DNA of 64,000 nucleotides from a virus (Duplodnaviria; Caudoviricetes): IMG/VR virus record IMGVR_UViG_3300028649_000004, positions 20,392 to 84,391 of that record; one strand, 5' to 3'. Shown piece by piece: positions 59,496 to 64,000 of this stretch (position 1 is its first letter; each line of letters starts with the position of its first letter). The notes under the pieces were generated by a model. It saw only the letters and a program-made list of their open reading frames with translations, ran no database searches and was not told where the DNA came from. The position numbers and the translations under genes were made by a program.

Positions 59496-61214
59496 TCACA
59501 CTGCAACTTGTTCTGATTTCTCTATTTCTGATAAATAATAATTTAATATTATTTTAGCATCTTTTAAAGTCGAACAACTACCCTTTTTAAAACTATTTCC
59601 ATTTGCATCAACTGCAATAAAAGTTCCCCAAATATTTAATATATAATAATCTTGTGCATTTACTATAGTTATATAAGCAGTTTTTTCAACCAAGTTACTA
59701 CCTTGAAAATAATTATTTCCATTTGAAATTGATACATTAACTTGTTTTTTAATTCTCTTATATTCATATTCTTTTTTATTTGATAATACTGCATCAATAA
59801 ACTTTTTATCTTTTTCTTTTATTATTTTACCTTTTATATCCCCTAGTTTGCTTTTATATTCACTCTCTAGTGCTATTAGCTCTCTCATTAAGTTATCGTG
59901 TCTAGAATTCATTTTAGCGTCTTTACGTGCATTTCTTCCGTCTCTACCTGTTGTCATCCAGCTTGGGTTGTCTGCATTATTTCTAAGTAGTTTATAATAA
60001 TTTTCATAGTAACGTTTCTTATAACTATTTAACCATGATTTATATTTATTCTTAATTGAATTATCTTCTAACTTATCTAATTCGATAATAAATTTATTTT
60101 GATAATTATTTAAATAATTTAATATTTCTTGTTGGTGGTCACGTTCTTTAGTTCTCATAACCCAATGACCATCATTTTCTCTTTTGCTTATTTCTTTAGA
60201 TATTAGAAAATTTTCAGCGTTTATATTATCAATGTTAATTTCTATTGGTTCAACTTCTTTTAACTCTGTTGTATTGATTGTATTATTTTCTTGTTGCCCT
60301 TCATTATTTAATAAACCTATTGATTGCAAAAATTGTTTCGCTTGCTCTGAGTCTTTAGTATACCAACATTTATTAAATTTTGCCCACCTGTAACCATTTG
60401 CTTTTAACTGATTTCTAATTTCTTCACTTGGTTTGTCATTGAAATATAATTCTATTCCGTTCTTTTCTGTATTAAATTTAACTTCACAACCAATTTCATT
60501 GTTTATAGTTTGTTCTGTTGATTCTATTGTTATTTCTTGAATTGATTCAACTGCTGAAGTTTCTTTTGTTTCTGGTTCTGCAACAATTTCTATAACTTCA
60601 ACTGGTTTAGATTCTTTTATTATATCACCTTTTTTAGTTTCTATTTTATTAAGAACTTCACAAACTTTTATTATTTCTTGAGTTAATCCTATTGTGCAAC
60701 TATATTCATTACCTGAAGAAATAGTTTGACCTTTTTTTCCTAATTCCTTGATATATATTGTTTTATTTTCTCTAAATTTAACTAACCATATAGTTCTATT
60801 TCCTATGTATTTTTCTCCAAAAGTTCCAAATTTAATTCCATTAGGAAATTTAATAATTGAACCATCTTTTACTTCTTGATTTTCTGATTTTACAAATTCA
60901 ATTACTACTTCTTCTGAGTTAATTCCATTTAAATACTCATTAACTTCCTTTTTAGCTTTCTTCAAATCAGTCACTATTTCTATATTCATATTTGGGTCAT
61001 TTTTGATTGATTTTTCATTGTAAAAATAATATCTATATCCACCACTTTTTTCAGTTCCATCAAGTTTAACTTTAATTAAGCAATATTCATTTTTTACTAT
61101 TGAATATCTAGCATCTTTCTTTGTGTAATCGTGAGCTACAACATATATATCATTTTCGCCTTTAACTATAGTTCCTGTTAATTTAACAAATTGACCTTCT
61201 TGTAATTGTAACAT
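59496..61214 (-). CDS. Large multidomain early phage protein (polyvalent-protein-like)
   Basis: GIELYFNDKPSEEIRNQLKANGYRW...CWY and PSWMTTGR motifs seen in MGE polyvalent proteins. Confidence 0.55.
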   Translation of the reverse strand: MLQLQEGQFVKLTGTIVKGENDIYVVAHDYTKKDARYSIVKNEYCLIKVKLDGTEKSGGYRYYFYNEKSIKNDPNMNIEIVTDLKKAKKEVNEYLNGINSEEVVIEFVKSENQEVKDGSIIKFPNGIKFGTFGEKYIGNRTIWLVKFRENKTIYIKELGKKGQTISSGNEYSCTIGLTQEIIKVCEVLNKIETKKGDIIKESKPVEVIEIVAEPETKETSAVESIQEITIESTEQTINNEIGCEVKFNTEKNGIELYFNDKPSEEIRNQLKANGYRWAKFNKCWYTKDSEQAKQFLQSIGLLNNEGQQENNTINTTELKEVEPIEINIDNINAENFLISKEISKRENDGHWVMRTKERDHQQEILNYLNNYQNKFIIELDKLEDNSIKNKYKSWLNSYKKRYYENYYKLLRNNADNPSWMTTGRDGRNARKDAKMNSRHDNLMRELIALESEYKSKLGDIKGKIIKEKDKKFIDAVLSNKKEYEYKRIKKQVNVSISNGNNYFQGSNLVEKTAYITIVNAQDYYILNIWGTFIAVDANGNSFKKGSCSTLKDAKIILNYYLSEIEKSEQVAV

Positions 61215-61348
61215 ATCAATCTACCTCACTTCAATTATTTTAATTTGTTTACTTGTTCCCTATGTATCTATTATAAGTCACGACTTATATATCTGTCAAT
61301 AACTTTTTTAATAAATTAATAGGATTATTTAAATATATTTTTTATTGC

Positions 61349-61546
61349 TTATAGATTGTTATATTTACGTGCTTTAACTTCTTTTATTAATTCCTCAATA
61401 TCCTGTATATCTTCAAATGTTGCTTTATTCTTAATAAAACTTTTACAAGCTGATTTACTTTTTGTATAATTAACTTTATCCTTGTTCTTATCTTCCCATG
61501 CCTTAACTGCTTGTAATTGTGCCTTAGATGTTTTTATACCCTCCAT
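61349..61546 (-). CDS. Small basic putative DNA-binding protein
   Basis: TSKAQLQAVKAWEDKN...SACKSFIKNKATFEDI pattern of a common Firmicute MGE family. Confidence 0.5.
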   Translation of the reverse strand: MEGIKTSKAQLQAVKAWEDKNKDKVNYTKSKSACKSFIKNKATFEDIQDIEELIKEVKARKYNNL

Positions 61547-63545
61547 TATTTAAACCTCCTTACATGGTCTTATATAGTCTTTATTTGCTTATATAATTAT
61601 AATAGTATTGTTACATATTTGTAAAGAAAAAGAAGCTTCTCAGCCTCCTATCTTATTAATCAATAAACCCTTCTAACATTAATATTATTCCATATAACGC
61701 TTTTCTTTTTTCCTCAATTGAATTTGTATCGTTTAAACCATTAAAACAACTTCTATAATATTCTAATACTTCTACTGCTTCATTATTGTTTATTTCATTT
61801 ATTAAGTCGTTCTTAAATTCTTCAATATTACCTTTGTAATAAAATACTAACCCTTCTTTAAAATTGCTTTCATATTTTACTATTTCATTTACTACCGCCA
61901 TATTATTTTTCTTCATTTTAATCGACTCCTTTAATATTAATTAATTTATTATGTAAGTAGGTTATATTCTATTTAATATATAACCATGAAAATATTTTAG
62001 CTTTAGCAACTTGATCTTTTAACATTCTTTGTAACTCTTCTGCTTTAACTTCTTTGATTGTTCTATCCTTGTAGACTATAACTGCCATAAATATCATTCT
62101 CCTTTAAATTTATTAATTTGTTTTACTTGTTGCTAAGTTCCCTTAGCTGATAATATAATTATAAGTCATGACTTAGATTTTGTAAAAGTTAATTTAAGGT
62201 TATTTGGGATTGTTTATAACAAATTAATAGAGTTATACTTTGTTTATCTCTTAATATCTCCGTTTTACTATATTTTTAATTTTATTTTATCTTAATTTAT
62301 TGATAAAAGAGTTGTTTTAAGTAGTCTGATTTAAGTTTATTTACTGTATAATAAAAGAGATTGTATTCCCCTACAATCTCTTAATAGTTAATTACACATA
62401 TATTCACACATAAATATTATAGTATCAATATGTTCTTGTGCTTCTTGTTCTGTATTAAATGGTATTCTTTCAAATTTCATTATTAAGCTATTAAATATAT
62501 AATACTTATCTTGTATCTGCTCTATATTGTAGTATTGTTTCATACCTTTCATTGTGCTACCTATTAGAATATTTCTGCTGAATCTGATTCACTAATAGCT
62601 TTTGCAAATAATTCTACACAATTTTCATGTAAATATTGTTTTTGTTGTATTGTAGTAATACCCACATCTTCTAAAGTATAACACATAATTGCTATTTTGC
62701 CCTTTCGAATTTCTTTTGTACACCAAGAACATATTTGATTTTTTCTTACTCTTATTGCTCTAGCTGTTCTATAATCTTCTCCCTTATGTAATTTTTCGCC
62801 TAGCATTAAATAATTCATTTTTATCATTTCCTTTCTTATAATTAATTTAATATATCATAAGAGAAGATTTTAAACTCCTCTTATATGTTTTTATTCCAAT
62901 CCCATTTATTGCCGTTAGTTGTGTTTAATATTCTTTCCATTTCTTCAAATGTCTTTACTTTATTATTATTTACTTTGTATCCATTAGCTCTCAAATCTTT
63001 AATAAAATCACTTTTAGTATTATATTCACTATCCACTCTTATTAATTCATTGTCTTGAGTTATAACCATTGCACTATATTTCATAATTAACACTCCTTAT
63101 TTAATTTATTAACTTGTTTTGTTTGAGTTAGATATTGCAAGAGACTAACTGTTCCTAGCTTACGATTTTGTTAAGGTATCCACACCTATGAGAGTTTATT
63201 AAGCTCTTTGCTGGTCTTGGTTTCTCTTGTTACACAATATCTATTTCTTTCCTTAATTTATTATCTCATATATTCATACTAATGTCAAACATTATTTCCA
63301 TTAATTTGTTATTATTTTTAAATTTATTTCTAGTATTGCACTAGATTAATATCGTTTGTTGTATGCCTTGATTGTCTTAGACATGTAATTTATTTGTTAA
63401 TATTATATTATCATTTTTACTGGTATATGTCAATAAATTAATATAATAATATTCATATAAAAGGTGGTTTTTATTTGGTTCTCATTCTCAATTATATCTG
63501 GATATATAAAGAAAAGGATATATAAAAATATATCCTCAATCCCTT

Positions 63546-63782
63546 TTAACTAGCTATTAAATTATTATCTGCCAGCAATCTATATATAAACTTTATTCCA
63601 TCTTGTAATAGTTCGATTTTATAATATTGTGTGCCTTTTGAAGATATGCATTTCTTATGATAGAAATAATTTAAATTCAAATATGTATTTGTTACATTCA
63701 TTTTGTTTTTACCATCTACTTCAACATATTCATATATATTATTATCTCTAAGTATTAAACATAATCTATTATATGATATCAA
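63546..63782 (-). CDS. Antirepressor C-terminal (KilA-C/ANT-like) domain protein; start uncertain
   Basis: NRL..ILRDNN...Y....YF...ELLQDGIKFIYRLL; frame stays open upstream to about 63974. Confidence 0.5.
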   Translation of the reverse strand: MISYNRLCLILRDNNIYEYVEVDGKNKMNVTNTYLNLNYFYHKKCISSKGTQYYKIELLQDGIKFIYRLLADNNLIAS

Positions 63783-64000
63783 TAAGCTTTTATTATTCTT
63801 TTCTAATAGTTTTATAAAATCTTTTAATGAAATTCTATTACCATTTATAAAATTAGGATATGTATAATCTTTTATATCTATTGGTATATTTATATCAATT
63901 TCTTCTTTGTTTTTTATTTTAGCTTTTATTGTGCTAGAGTTTAGGATTCTTCTCTTTCTCTTCTTTTTAATGTATTATCACTAAGTAAATACTTTCCTTG

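Larger units (their letters stand above)
1..64000 (-). mobile_element. Part of a large SPbeta-like temperate phage/prophage (early, accessory and lysogeny-control region) of a low-GC Firmicute
   Basis: Dense, co-oriented small hypothetical ORFs with GGAGG RBSs; phage-type genes (C5 MTase, homing endonucleases, BRO, antirepressor, tyrosine recombinase, YopQ/YopR-like pair); no host housekeeping operons. Confidence 0.88.

Noticed and set aside
1245-60393. Most plus-strand ORFs in the track (e.g. 1245, 2081, 9072, 15558, 36887, 60184)
   Set aside because: Antisense shadows of minus-strand genes, rich in Ser/Ile/Phe/Leu and lacking an RBS; only 37479 and 38004 look real
1-64000. CRISPR array
   Set aside because: The repeats are dispersed, short or degenerate, with no regular repeat-spacer period and no cas genes
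1-64000. tRNA or rRNA genes
   Set aside because: No cloverleaf with a T-loop GTTCRA or rRNA-like GC-rich stretch noticed by eye; tRNAscan would be needed to exclude them fully

Overview
A very AT-rich 64-kb segment of a large temperate phage or prophage of a low-GC Firmicute, most likely a Clostridium, organised like an SPbeta-type phage (inferred from gene content). It holds no clear structural module. It is the early/accessory arm: about 130 mostly small ORFs, almost all on the minus strand, driven by many near-consensus sigmaA promoters. Recognisable products include a C5 DNA methyltransferase, ASCH protein, nucleotidyltransferase, guanylate kinase, MmcB-like nuclease, GIY-YIG and HNH endonucleases, an intact XerC/D-like recombinase, and BRO/antirepressor proteins. 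A lysogeny-control cluster at about 32-38 kb contains a YopQ/DndB-like gene, a catalytically dead integrase-fold MrpR/YopR-like repressor and XRE regulators. Main highlights: (1) an unannotated secreted-peptide gene (predicted mature TTGSGRG) behind an HTH-less TPR protein that is co-transcribed with an antitoxin-less MazF/PemK homolog, a candidate peptide-gated (arbitrium-like) RNase switch; (2) about 40 TAAAA-N6-TTTTA sites at gene boundaries, suggesting a recombinase-driven gene-cassette array; (3) a repeated 15-bp operator at promoters; (4) tandem NrdR-box pairs with no nrd genes, covarying leader RNAs, and stand-alone fragments of terminase, sigma region 4 and the ClpX zinc finger. All motif counts were made by eye.
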